From Utricularia gibba (taxonomy: Eukaryota; Plantae; Magnoliophyta), in NCBI GenBank assembly GCA_002189035.1, contig NEEC01000007.1, positions 1,178,001 to 1,242,000 of the forward strand: a DNA stretch of 64,000 bases. The letters run 5' to 3'. The notes below the pieces were generated by a model that worked only from the letters and a program-made list of their open reading frames with translations, did no database searches and was not told where the DNA came from. The position numbers and the translations under genes were made by a program. Below, in pieces: positions 48,162 to 59,516 of the stretch (the stretch's first letter is position 1; every line of letters begins with the position of its first letter).

Positions 48162-48509
48162 ATGCCTTGCATCTTTGTGAGTCTGTGTCTCTTGTTTCCA
48201 TATACAACCTTGTCTCTTTCCTCGCACCAGATTCACTCGGACATCCCGGCCATCTCAGCCGCTCCCGCGCTTCTGCCGGAAGCCGAAGCTCCGGACTCCG
48301 CGTACATGGGCTCGTCGCCGGAGGGGTCATTCTGGCCGGTAATTCCCTCTACCTCCACAACCAACCCGGATTTCCTTCGGCCTATCAATCCAGATACTGC
48401 GGTTGCACCTATGGCTTCTCTGGATGACTCGTCTGCAGTTTCATTGTGTGAAGATGAGATCTTTTGCTGCTTGTTTTCTGTATTAGTGGGATTCTGTTTC
48501 ATGCTTTGA
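48162..48509 (+). CDS. Small classical AGP-like protein (AGP25-27 type), probably GPI-anchored
   Basis: 115 aa with a hydrophobic signal peptide, a PAST-rich core (ISAAPALLP, IPSTS) and a hydrophobic C-terminal tail after SS. Family assignment is by recollection. Confidence 0.65.
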   Translation: MPCIFVSLCLLFPYTTLSLSSHQIHSDIPAISAAPALLPEAEAPDSAYMGSSPEGSFWPVIPSTSTTNPDFLRPINPDTAVAPMASLDDSSAVSLCEDEIFCCLFSVLVGFCFML

Positions 48510-48666
48510 TTCCCTCTTTGCGTTGTTTTTCTGACTCCCACTCCATTTTCATATGGAAATGGATATGGTCACACATACCCACTGCCAGATCGAGATTTAT
48601 AACATGCATTTATGAGCAACGCAGTATATTAAAAGGAACATCACGCACCGTAGCACGGTAAAAAGA

Positions 48667-49463
48667 TTGGAAGTCCAAAGAGTCAAGTTGTTACGCAGAG
48701 GCTGCGTTATCATGTTCCATTTTTGTACGACTACTAACCCAACGTATCGAGCTCAGAAATGGCTTCATCTAAAGCCTGAAGATATTCATTAAATATGAAA
48801 AGCACTTTCATGGAATGAGTCAATTAAGATACTTTAAAGGGAGCACCTGCTTAGCAAGGTGGCAAGCGCGATCCAGGGAGTTTAAGGATTTCATAACAGA
48901 AAACAGCGAAGTGCAATTCCAGGTCTTATTGGGTGAATAGGAATCAGATAAGACAAGCAATATACTGAAATGCCAAGAAAAGGCTTTAAATGAACCATAG
49001 CAATCCATATTAAACAGAAACTATCATTGGGTTGGTAATAACCTGAGCAGACTTTGTAAGCTATAACTGCGCCCTCTGCAGCTTCCTTACTTTCAGCACC
49101 AGTCTTTAGATCAGCCAAGTCTCTGTAGTAATCAGCATTCATCTTCAAGTAAACACCTTCAACTGAGCAGATGAAGCAGGTGGGATATGTTGACATTCAT
49201 TAAAAGATTCACAATCCCATCACAGATTTTGCTAAGTCCTGACACCCGTGTATGCGTAGCATGATTCTAATTCCCCAGCTCTCTTGCTTTTGCTCAATGG
49301 AAGAGATGATCCGTCAAGAGGCCCTCCTTGCACCAATCACATTTTTGTACGCCACAGATAAAGATTCCTTTCCTCCACAGTCCTCATCTCCATCAACCCT
49401 GTTCACAAATTTCTACATAAACTCCTCCATTTTCCCATACCTCTCAGCCTGTTCAGCTAACTT
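48667..49463 (-). pseudogene. 14-3-3 (GRF) pseudogene retaining introns
   Basis: [63 protein letters not shown]|ALDEAISELDTLG**SYK and LRNNLTLWTS. Multiple stops, multiple indels and no start codon. Confidence 0.93.
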
Positions 49464-50152
49464 CCACTTGACCAGAAAAGAAATAAGAAACCACAACAAC
49501 ATGAAACTATCTAAACGCCGGATTCCTCTGCACCAACCTCTATCACACTAATAAACCATAAGGAAGGGTGATCACTATAAACATTACCTTCATCTGCACT
49601 AAAATCACTTATTGCATTCATGCTGTAAACAGAAACAAGAAACACCTTCACTTACAAAAAAGAAAACAAGGATCCACATCCGCAATCCATCGTCGAACAA
49701 CAAAACGATTCAATTACATCAAAATCTCAGAAAAAGACAGCGGAATGACTACCTACGAAACAGCGCCATCGACTTCGTAGACGGACCTCGGATTCCGTTC
49801 GCACTTTGAAACGCTGCGGAGTGGCGCACACTCTCAGTGAGGGTATAGAGAAATGCGCGTTCCGTGACACACCAATCAGTTATTATGTTTTCCACACATG
49901 CGTCTTCTTTTTTTCTTTTTCTTTTTTTTTTTGTAATGGCGGTCCTCTATTAAAAGATTATATTTCCCTATTTCTGTTTTATTTTTTCCATTTGGCGTAA
50001 CGATGGGCCCCTACAGGATCTCCTAGCTGGCCCCTGGATATTTATATTGTTGACTTTTCTTTGACGAAAAAAAGAAGGTTGTTATGAACTTTTTAAAAAT
50101 ATCAATATAATTTATTAATTTGCATTATCCACTTCCTCTTGATCCGTCCCCA

Positions 50153-50244
50153 ACTAAATTGAATCCATTAGAATAGGATATGTTTTGATGATTTACACTA
50201 AATTGAATCCATTAGAATAGGATATGTTTTGATGATTTACACTA
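50153..50244. repeat. Perfect 44-bp tandem duplication
   Basis: ACTAAATTGAATCCATTAGAATAGGATATGTTTTGATGATTTAC occurs twice, followed by ACTA. Confidence 0.95.
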
Positions 50245-51735
50245 TCTATGTCACATCGTTTTGAAGTTCGTTTCAAGCACTTACGTATATCATATATATC
50301 TAATCTTTCGATATATTGAATTCAGTATGCAAATCGGGATTAATCAAATATATAAATACTCGCTCGTTTACTTTAAATTCATTGAAATTCAAGATTCGAT
50401 AAATAAATTGAGTATGCACATGAAAATCAAATATATAAAAAATATGAATTATATTTTAAAAAATTAATTTCAATCAATTATTAATGATTTATAATTTTTT
50501 ATATACTTTATCATTATATTTTGATTTGCAGATACTTGGACAAAACAACTCCCCCATGAATGCGAATGCGGATAAGGAGTACTGGTGTCACGGGAACCAC
50601 CATGTGAGAGCTGGCGATTATGTGCGCAGCGTGTTGAAAGGCAATAAATATTATCGCGTACCAGACAAGGATGAAGCATCTGCATCCAAGGGTACTCCTC
50701 CTCATGTGCGTGCTGTCTTGTGTACCTCCACGATGTCGGAATGGGTTGTAAGAGACATGCTCCACTCCCTTGATCCCTTTTTGCGTACAAACCAAGCTCT
50801 TAGGGGACACCATCACCATTGTGCATATCTTTTTAACCATAGAGTACGAACAAATTCTCTTTGAAACTATTTGCGATTTAATTTTTTTATTGAAATTAAA
50901 GATTCGATTGAACAGAACAAACAAGAGTGAAATCTATTGTATTCTTTAGATATAGAAGGCGTAACCCGTAAGCCTAAGTGTGACACTCATCTAAGAGGTG
51001 TATTAGAATTTTGGTCATACTCTCATCATTGTGTTAGAAAAATGACAATTCTTAGTATAATTTTTTTTTAAAGTAGTGTATAAAATAGAATGTACAAATT
51101 TCTAAATGACCGCTCATCTAAGTTGCATGGCAGCTATGGACGTCACTCACCAACCGGACGGACCTATCAGCCGGACAAGGGAGCTCCCGCCGTCCAATAA
51201 GTGAACTGAATTATCCGTGTAATAATTTGGAGCTAATTATTACCAAAAATTAGAAACATTCCACCACCGATTTAAAGCCCATTGGTTAAGAACCCGATCC
51301 GAGGACCACCTCCATGCAGATGTTAGAATCGCAACCTTGGAATAATTATTATTAAGGGCACACAGCATAATATTATGCCCGAATTCGACCCGATTACGCT
51401 CGGGTTCGGATTCAGGTCCATTATTTCGATGTCGTGAAATCAAAGATAGGTACTTGGTTTTAAAAATAATTATGTTATCAAATACGAATTAGATTTGAAA
51501 TTATTTAAAATTTTTAGGAATGAAGATAATTATAGATATTATTAATCCCTAATTACGTAATTATGTATTAAAAAATAAAAAGAATTTGTATTAAGAGATA
51601 CCGTTGAGGGGCATGCAGTTGTTCATTAAATCCCTTTCACCAGCCTCATTCAATGCTGTTTCTGTTGCTGCAACTTTTTTTTATCTTTAAATCCTCTTCT
51701 TCCCCCACGGCATCCTCCGCCTTCGCCGGAAAAAA

Positions 51736-53479
51736 ATGGCCTCCTACTCGGCGAAACTTCTGTTCCAGTACTTCGTCAATCACATCGTATCATTTCTACT
51801 CATACCCATAACGGCACTCGCCGCCGTTGAAATCCATCGTCTGGGGCCTGGCGGCATGATCGGGATCTGGAACTCCGTCAACTTGAGCCCAGTCCAGATT
51901 GTAACCTGCGTGTTCGTCGTCGTCATCGCCGCCACCGTGTACATTATGTCGAAGCCACGATCGGTTTACCTGGTGGATTATTCCTGCTACAAACCGCCGG
52001 TGACTTGCAGGGTTCCGTTCTCGACGTTTATGGAACATTCGCGCCTGATTTTAAAGGATAACCCAAAGAGCGTGGAATTTCAGATGAGGATTCTGGAACG
52101 TTCGGGGCTCGGTGAAGAAACGTGTTTGCCGCCGGCGATTCATTACATCCCGCCGATCCCCACCATGGAGGCCGCCAGAGGTCATGCTCGTATCTTTTCC
52201 ACCGGATTATTTCAAAACGACTAGTTTCAGCAATTAAAAAAAACGTTACCTTGATTTCTAAGTATATTGACTAAAAAAAAAACACAGGGGAAGTGGAAAT
52301 GGTAGTATTCTCCTCCATCGACGCTCTGTTGAAGAAGACCGGAATCCGGCCGAAGGACATCGACATCTTGATCGTTAACTGCAGCCTGTTTTCACCGACG
52401 CCGTCGCTTTCTGCGATGGTCGTGAATAAGTACAAGCTCAGGAGCAACATCAGGAGCTTCAATCTCTCCGGCATGGGATGCAGCGCGGGGCTCATCTCCA
52501 TCGACTTAGCCAGGGACTTACTCCAAGCTCATCCCAACTCTCATGCATTAGTCGTGAGCACAGAGATTATCACTCCCAACTACTACAAAGGAACCGAGAG
52601 AGCCATGCTCCTCCCCAACTGCCTCTTCCGTATGGGCGCCGCCGCCATCCTCCTCTCCAACAAACGCCGCGACAGCAGCCGCGCGAAATACAGGCTGGTG
52701 CACGTCGTCAGGACGCATAAAGGCGCCGACGACAAGGCCTACAAATGCGTCTACGAGCAAGAGGACTCGCAAGGTAACTCATTAGGTTACGAATTCAATT
52801 CTCCAAAATCCATTCCCGTTTCGTTAGGTGACAAAATGAATTCTTGCCATGTGTACGGAATTGTAAAGTTAGGTTTTTTCATAACTTTGGGGAGGTGATC
52901 ATTATTATTTTAACCTATCAAATGATGGTTCACGGGCATCTCCCCACAGGGAAGGTGGGCATCAACCTGTCAAAGGATCTGATGATCATCGCCGGAGAAG
53001 CGTTGAAGTCCAACATCACGACCGTCGGGCCGCTGGTTCTGCCGGCGTCGGAGCAGCTTCTGTTCCTGGCGACCCTCATCGGGAGAAGAATCATCAACCC
53101 CAAATGGAAGCCCTACATTCCCGACTTCAAGCAGGCCTTCGAGCACTTCTGCATCCACGCAGGAGGCCGCGCCGTCATCGACGAGCTCCAGAAGAGCCTC
53201 CAGCTCTCGGCGGAGCACGTCGAAGCGTCCAGAATGACTCTCCATCGATTCGGCAACACATCATCATCCTCCCTCTGGTACGAACTGGCGTACATCGAAG
53301 CGAAGGGGAGGATGAAAAGGGGCGACCGGATTTGGCAGATCGCGTTCGGCAGTGGATTCAAATGCAACTCCGCCGTCTGGAAATGTAACCGCACCATCAA
53401 AACCCCCATTGAAGATGGGCCATGGACGGACTGCATCGACAAGTACCCGGTCTTCATTCCCGAAGTTGTGAAGCTGTAG
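51736..53479 (+). CDS. KCS6: 3-ketoacyl-CoA synthase 6 (CER6/CUT1-like)
   Basis: Exons 51736-52180, 52288-52773, 52950-53479. Active-site [40 protein letters not shown] and CER6-type end IPEVVKL*. Confidence 0.95.
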
Positions 53480-54197
53480 GAGAGCTTCCGGCTGTCCCAT
53501 ATCCGATGTGCATGAATTCACTTACATTCCTATTTATTATTCATCTTCCTTTTTGTCATGTTACAAATTGTACTAAAATCACTTCTTCTCCATTTCATAC
53601 TTAGTATAGTTTTAAAGTTATTAAGCATTAGATAACAACTTATTCGTAGTACGAACATAAAAATTTTATTTGATATGTAGATTTTATTTCCGAACTAAAT
53701 ACACAGTTTTTATGAAACCTAAGATCATCAAATGTTGTAGATGAATACCAAACAAGTACCAAAACAACAAAAATTAGGAGGGAAAAGGACAATGCATGTC
53801 AATTTCAGAAGGTTTGAGGAAGAAGCATGGATGGATCATGGTATTATTCCAAAATTTCTCTTTCTCTGCTTTAATTGTCCCGCGCCGGTGCCTCTAATGC
53901 AGTTGAAATTAATTACTCCACCCTTTGGATATTATTATTATTATTTGGTGGTTGCTTTTTATTTAAATTAATTAATTTCTGTATATTTGATTTGGATACC
54001 GTCTTAATTCAATTTGAGTAAAATCAATTCTTTGTTTGTGGAATAGTTTTTACGTTTTAAATATATATTAAATTATCTTATAGTTTTTTAAAAATTAAAA
54101 ATTTAAATTAATTTAACGTTCCAGAAATTTGGGTTTTGTCATGGTGAAGTTTTATGGCGGGATGAAAAGAATGTGAGACGTGGCCCTAGCTTTCAAT

Positions 54198-54505
54198 CTA
54201 CATGGCGAAATAGGGGAGTTGAAGAAGGGTGAGGATGAGATTGGGCCACGTGGTGAGGGTGGATGGATACTGCTGAGCATCAACATCTGAAAGTTCTTGG
54301 TGAATTGGTTCAATTTTTGAATTTTGGACGGATTTGTGTCACCGGCGACAGATGATAGAGGAGACGATTCAAATCCAGATATCGGTCAATTGGGAGACTC
54401 ACCGCCCTCTCCCGTTCGATCGGCGGACTGCGATGTGTTCTCCGACAACCGCCGTGTCTCGGCTATGAATGTTGAGGCAGTCCGTTGTCTGATCAGCGCG
54501 ATCAT
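54198..54505 (-). CDS. Candidate unannotated 2-exon small ORF (63 aa)
   Basis: ATG 54505, exon to 54403, donor G|GTGAGT, 116-nt intron, acceptor TTTCAG, exon 54286-54198. Telo-box at 54529-54537 and site II motifs upstream. No homology recognised. Confidence 0.4.
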
Positions 54506-55079
54506 TTCTCCGGGGAGGACGATTTTTTCTAGGGTTTAACCGCCAATTGGTCCCATTTTCTTTATATCCAAGGGCCGGGCCTAGGTAAATGGTGGACCTG
54601 GATCTCCATTTGGGCTTGTCTGCTTGTCTGTTCAGGAGGCTCAAAAAACAAAGCCAGAAGTGAAGGGGTGCAGACAAAATGGGGAGATGGGCAGGATTGA
54701 TTAGTTTGTCTCCCAGCTGATGATGGAGACAAGATCAGACCACTGATTGCTTACGAGCGGAATATCCAGAATCTATCCAGTGATGGAAGCAGCGAGCATA
54801 AGGCAAGATAGAGGAACAAACAGGATAAAATGAAGAAACGTGGCTCCGACGCGTTATCGACGGCGGCCCAGCTTTCTCAATGATTCAAAGGATAAAAATA
54901 TTTTTGGGATAGAGATTGCGACTTTACGATTTCCCATCACGATTTCCGGGAGAAGAAGCAGGGAAAAGCTCGAATCTTTGTACAAGAAAGTATCAACGAC
55001 AGTTAACGCAGAAAAAAAAACTCAATTTTCATGTTAGGAAGCATATGGGGTAGTGGCTGTTAATCGAAAAATTTTCCGC

Positions 55080-56504
55080 TCAGAAGGTGGCAGTTTTACG
55101 CGCCGCTGGAGTCGCTATTGATCCTCGTCTCCTCGGCCGGGGATTTGGGCCGCTGCCGGATGGATATACGGGAACAGGATCTGGTGCTTCAGGTTTCATC
55201 ATTCCTTGCCACTCCGCGAAATCATCATTTGAGCTCGTTGATTCTGATTTCTCACGGGGGACTCTTAATTCTCGCTTGCCTTTTCGTACTAGATCAATTT
55301 CCATCATGATCTCTTTCTCGCTGCTCTTCACAGCTTCAATCCAGGCACGCGCCGCCGCAATTTTCATTTCCGAGATTTTGACGGCGTGGGCCGCTTTTCC
55401 GATCAGGTAATCGTACTCGAACTTCGAGATCTTGATCTGGGAACTGCTGGGAGCTCGACTTGAAACTACATTGTGCATTGTTCTTTTTAGCTTCTCCAAT
55501 ACTATTTGTTCTGATGATTTAGAAGCTATAAGTTCTTGCTTGGCTGATCGCACTTCTGCTTCCATGAATTCGACGCCTGTCTCTGCCTTTTGAGCTTCTT
55601 GTTTAGTCAGAGAAGTCATTTTGCTGAGCAACTTCATTTCCTCTTTAGCTGATTTGCCTTCTGCTTTGACCTTTTTGAGTGCCTGTGATAAGTTGGATGA
55701 CAACGATTGAGCTTCTTCTGCTGCTATCGAATGAGCTTCCATCTTTGATTTTTCTCTCCTTATCTTGGCGTTTAGCAGCTGGATTGTTCTTGCAGTGTTC
55801 TCTTCTTTCGCCTTCAACCTCTCTGCCGCTGCATTCACCCGACGAAGCTCGTTCCCTGCAACCTCCATGGATGCCATGTACTCCAAGTTCTGTTCTTTAA
55901 CCCCAGCAAGCTCCTCCTTTTTGCTTTCCAGTTCTCTCTTTATCGCGTCTCTTTCACTTTCAAGTCGGTTCTCCATTTTTCTCACCTGGGTTAGCTCATT
56001 TTCAAGCTCATTCACATGGCGGAGTGTGACAGCAAGTTCTTGCTCCATCTCTGCAACTGCAGCATACCCCGTTGCCTGAATAATGCTATTTTTCTTCTTG
56101 ACAGTTTCCTCAATTCTTACTCTGCATTGCTCCACCGTTTCTCTTCTTCGAGCTTCAACTGCCCTGCATTCCTTGAGAGCTTCCAAGCGAGCAACCTCAA
56201 ACAGCACATGTTCTTCGTTTATTTCTTCAATCTCCATTGAAAGAGCTTCAAATGAACGCAGTAATGAATTCTCTTTTGAGATGGAGCTGTCTCTAGCTTC
56301 CTCTGCTCTTCTTCTTTCCTCCGAGAGAGAACCCATCTTTTTCTTAAGCTCTGCAACTTCGCGTTTCATGGATTCCAATTCTACTGAGGGTGTATTCTGG
56401 GGGTTCTTCAGTACAGATTCCCTCCCATGAATCTTCTGCTCGTATGAAAAAATAGCAGCTTTGACCGACGCGACTTTCCCATCTGCTTGCCTTCTGCCGC
56501 CCAT
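55080..56504 (-). CDS. WEB family coiled-coil protein (PMI2/PMI15-like)
   Basis: Single long coiled-coil ORF with an N-terminal VASVKAAIFSY motif and WEB-type segments IKISKFEYDYL and AAARAWIEAVKSSEKE. The start is inferred at MGGRR. Confidence 0.8.
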   Translation of the reverse strand: MGGRRQADGKVASVKAAIFSYEQKIHGRESVLKNPQNTPSVELESMKREVAELKKKMGSLSEERRRAEEARDSSISKENSLLRSFEALSMEIEEINEEHVLFEVARLEALKECRAVEARRRETVEQCRVRIEETVKKKNSIIQATGYAAVAEMEQELAVTLRHVNELENELTQVRKMENRLESERDAIKRELESKKEELAGVKEQNLEYMASMEVAGNELRRVNAAAERLKAKEENTARTIQLLNAKIRREKSKMEAHSIAAEEAQSLSSNLSQALKKVKAEGKSAKEEMKLLSKMTSLTKQEAQKAETGVEFMEAEVRSAKQELIASKSSEQIVLEKLKRTMHNVVSSRAPSSSQIKISKFEYDYLIGKAAHAVKISEMKIAAARAWIEAVKSSEKEIMMEIDLVRKGKRELRVPREKSESTSSNDDFAEWQGMMKPEAPDPVPVYPSGSGPNPRPRRRGSIATPAARKTATF

Positions 56505-56871
56505 TCTCCGAGTATCACCGGAGCTCCGGTGGCCGGAAGTGGCGATAAAAAACGGAGACCGAGAGAGAGGGATAGGGTAGTTGAGCTTTCTCTGCATAAA
56601 CAGCCGTTGGATTATTGAACCATGTAGCAACATTGGACGACGGTTAATCAAAACCATTCTATTTTTCTGTGGCTTTGCTTACAAGGAAATCCCACGTAAT
56701 CGCACAGGATTTCTAGCAGCTGTGTTGTCCCTGTGGCATCTGAATATTCTTTCACAACTTGCAATAACTAAATATCACGATGCAATCGAGCTCAGAGACT
56801 ATTACAGCACATTTTCATAGTCTGGGATCAAGATCTGGGGCATCCATAACACTTACTAATTATCATCATCC

Positions 56872-58795
56872 TCAGTTCTTGTGCTGCAATCTTCCACTCT
56901 CAGCACCGGCGTATGGGTCGATCAAAACGTTTATGACAGTCGGCTTCTTAGCAGAAAATGATTCAGCAAGGGCAGATTTTAGCTCATCAGGAGTGGCGCA
57001 GATATAACCTTTTCCTCCAAATGCTTCCATAAGGCGGTGGTATGCAGCTTCCGGGACAAAAGATGTGGGTGCAGGATCATCCTTGTGTGGTCCGGAGATT
57101 TCTTCGGGGTTCCTCCGGTCACCACCGTAAACACCGCCGTTGTTGAAGACTATGACGATAACCGGGAGCTGGTACCTAACCAACGTCTTCAAGACAAAAG
57201 AGCAAAAGGTATCAGTTGTGGCGGCATAACGGAGGAATGGAAACTGGAATGATCATGAATGCAATCAGCAATACAGAAGAAAAAGCATGTCCTTCAGAAA
57301 AATGTGGCGGTCAGAGAGCACAGAACAAAGCATAACATAAGGTACGCGTAGCATTGCCCACAGTTCAGAGCAAGAGAACAAACCTCGACTTCCATTGCAC
57401 TGAATCCAAATCCAGAGTCTCCTTCCACAGCCACCACCAGCCGACCAGGTGATGCAACAGCAGCAGCGATGCAATATCCAAGGCCAACGCCCATCGTTCC
57501 CCATGTCCCAGCATCCAACCTGGTGCGCGGCTCAGTCTGAACAAGGACTGCCCGCCCAATGTCCATAGTATTAGCTCCTTCAGAAATCAAAATAGGTGCA
57601 GGACTTCCTGCTTGTAAAATAGTATCCCTGATGATCCTCATTGGTGTCATGAAATTAAATGGCACGACATCCTTAGATAATTGCAACTCCATCCTTTTCA
57701 CATTCTCTTTACTCTTATTCCTGATCGCCTCAATCCAAGGGTGTGTTTTCCCAAAGCAAAATGGATCATCTTTGATAACCTTGTTCATCTTTCCTACCAC
57801 ATCCTTTGCATCTCCAACTATCCCCAAGAATGGCTTTCTGAGTTCAATCTCCTCGTGACATATATCTACAAGTATGAACTTAACATCTTTTGACCATTTA
57901 GGAGGCTCACCAAAGTGTAGCAACCAGTTGAGCCTTGCGCCAACGACCAAAGCTACATCGCATTTACTGATCGCCAGTGATCTTGCGGCCGTAGCTGCTA
58001 GCTCATGAGTATCTGGAAGCAATCCCTTTCCCATGGGAGTAGGAAGGAAAGGAATCCCAGTGGTTGCTACCATTTTAGCCAGCTCATTTTCAGCTTTGGC
58101 ATAGGCTGCACCTTTTCCAAAAACAATCAAAGGTCTCTCAGCCCCCCTTAACAAATCTACAGCTTTCTGTATTTCTAAAGCAGAAATTTTGGGCATATCA
58201 ATCAAATTGTTGTTTCTAGAATCTAGGGCCTTAGTTATCAATCCTTCTACCTCAGATTCATCAACACACTGATGAAGAACATCGGAAGGAAGATCCAAAT
58301 ACGTCCCACCAGGCCTACCAGACAACGCCCAATCAATAACACTAAACACTGATTCAGGTATTTTCGTAACATCAGTAGCCTTAGCAGAGAACTTGGAAAA
58401 GGGTTTAACAGCAGCCACCTGATCCAGCTCCTGGAAATCCCCACGCCCAACATAACTCTGTTCACAGGATCCCGATATCATAACCATGGGCCACGCATTC
58501 GTAGCGGCGTTAGATAATCCAGCCAGGCCATGAACGCATCCTGGGCCAGAAACTGTTAGCAAAACACCAGGGGTGCGAGTGAGGTACCCGTATGCGGAGG
58601 CCGCGTAGCCCGCCGATTGCTCATTGTGAAAGGCGATAAATCGAACGCCCAAAGCCACTGCCTTGTTAGCGAGTGACGTAACCGGAATACCCACGACCCG
58701 AACATCGTAGTGATGCCAGCTCGCGCCAAGCACATGGCAACAAGCGTATTGCCATCGATCTTTCGTGGGCTCTCCCTCGGTTCCTCGTCTGCCAT
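56872..58795 (-). CDS. HACL: 2-hydroxyacyl-CoA lyase / oxalyl-CoA decarboxylase (TPP-dependent); apparent -1 frameshift at 58697-58699
   Basis: Exons 58795-57384 and 57186-56872. Motifs: MF/GVVGIPV (split across frames), FHNEQSAGYAASAYG, RLDAGTWGTMGVG, TPP motif EGDSGFGFS...VFNNGG, ending GRLQHKN*. Adding one G gives 575 aa. Confidence 0.94.
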
Positions 58796-58952
58796 TGATG
58801 CCAACTTTCGTTTGCAGAAATCAGAAAAGAGAGGCGCCGCCTTAGACGATCGCGGACACTTGAAGCGTCAAATCGTCGAAAACGTGGAGGGCAATCACAA
58901 ATTCATCATTCCCGTCCATTGCCTCCCCATCGTTAAAAAAAAAAATAAAATA

Positions 58953-58976
58953 AATAATAATAATAATAATAATAAT
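58953..58976. repeat. (AAT)8 microsatellite
   Basis: Read directly from the sequence, in the HACL/MATE divergent intergenic region next to an A11 run. Confidence 0.95.
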
Positions 58977-59516
58977 GATAAATTACTTACTAAAAATAAT
59001 TATTGTTATTATTATTTTGATTTTCAGCAACGGTGACCACCTTCGCATTCCAGAAGATCTCCGGCCAAATATTTTCTCACATGCAGACATGATTATGCAG
59101 CCGTCCGCATCCGGATGTTTTGGAATTATGCAGGCGGTGGGTTTCTTCGCCACTTCCTCTTGGGCTTGGATATCAGTTAAAAGGGTCCCCGCCACCGGTG
59201 TTTCTGCGGAGGCAACGGAAAGGAATTGGGGGAGAGCAGAGTTCGTCTGGATAGAATTTACGGAGACGATTGCAGGAATTTAAAGCCTACATTTTGAGAT
59301 TAGAGCAACGAATCACTGCCATGTGTCCCATGATTTTACCACAGCCCAAGTAATGCTTCCCTGTTTAGAATAGACGCATCCCGACCATGAGAGTCACACT
59401 CACGTCGATGTTGTCAGGGCATCCTGAATTTGGACATTCGGTTAATAGATGTCGTGGGTGAGTAACAATTCCCTGTTTCTTGCGAGAAAGATCGATCTTT
59501 ATTGAGCAGGGACCGA

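Noticed and set aside
51173-51188. GGACAAGGGAGCTCCC resembling mature miR319
   Set aside because: It has a 2-nt deletion in the core and no complementary star arm upstream.
54706-54746. 8-bp hairpin with TGATGA in the loop and a nearby CTGA (C/D snoRNA-like)
   Set aside because: The boxes are only about 20 nt apart, with no terminal stem or guide sequence.
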